DNA from: Tubiluchus corallicola
Taxonomy: Eukaryota > Animalia > Priapulida
NCBI GenBank assembly: GCA_030141605.1
Contig: JAQGDQ010000155.1
Coordinates: forward strand, 310,001-374,000
DNA: 64,000 bases
Direction of reading: 5' to 3'
Position numbers and translations under genes: made by a program. The notes beneath the pieces are model-generated. The model had not been told where the DNA came from and made no database searches. It was given only the letters and a program-made list of their open reading frames with translations. Positions 63,756 to 64,000 of this stretch are shown here, in pieces. Position 1 is the stretch's first letter; each line of letters begins with the position of its first letter.

Positions 63756-64000
63756 TACTACTAATCATTTTTAAACAACAGACAATTGAACAGAAATTAC
63801 CATTGATGATTAGTGAGTATTGAAACACTATTTCTGTATTGCGTGCTGAACCGCATGCGCAAAATGTTTAAACATTACTTTTTTACCCTATGTATTACCC
63901 TATTTATTATCCTCTAACGTTTGTTGGAATTTCAGGCGTAAGCAAGCTTGCAATGAATTTGATTAATAGCTATTCTTTAAACCCAGGTTGTGATACCTTT

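Overview
AT-rich, intron- and microsatellite-rich eukaryotic DNA, most likely from an invertebrate animal; not prokaryotic. By hand-splicing (GT-AG, phase-checked) I find five protein-coding loci, all on the + strand. (1) Two near-identical single-coding-exon class A GPCR genes about 40.7 kb apart, lying in a duplicated ~2.2 kb block. (2) A tandem pair of divergent 8-exon annexin genes (12979-22510 and 26855-41801); both lack the repeat-III G-x-G-T loop, and the first has an apparent 1-nt frameshift. (3) A 5-exon gene (56670-61306) for a secreted protein with signal peptide, TTTPQPE mucin repeats, a thrombospondin type-1 repeat and a small Cys-rich C-terminal module, also with a 1-nt frameshift. 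The rest is TE-derived: a decayed BEL/Pao LTR retrotransposon, a 5'-truncated LINE, piggyBac-, Kolobok-, hAT- and Tc1/mariner-type MITEs, a 25-bp minisatellite of about 60 copies, a degenerate TTAGGG-like array, 5S- and tRNA-derived relics, and many microsatellites. Most ORFs in the supplied track are spurious. No database searches were run; family calls rest on motif recognition.
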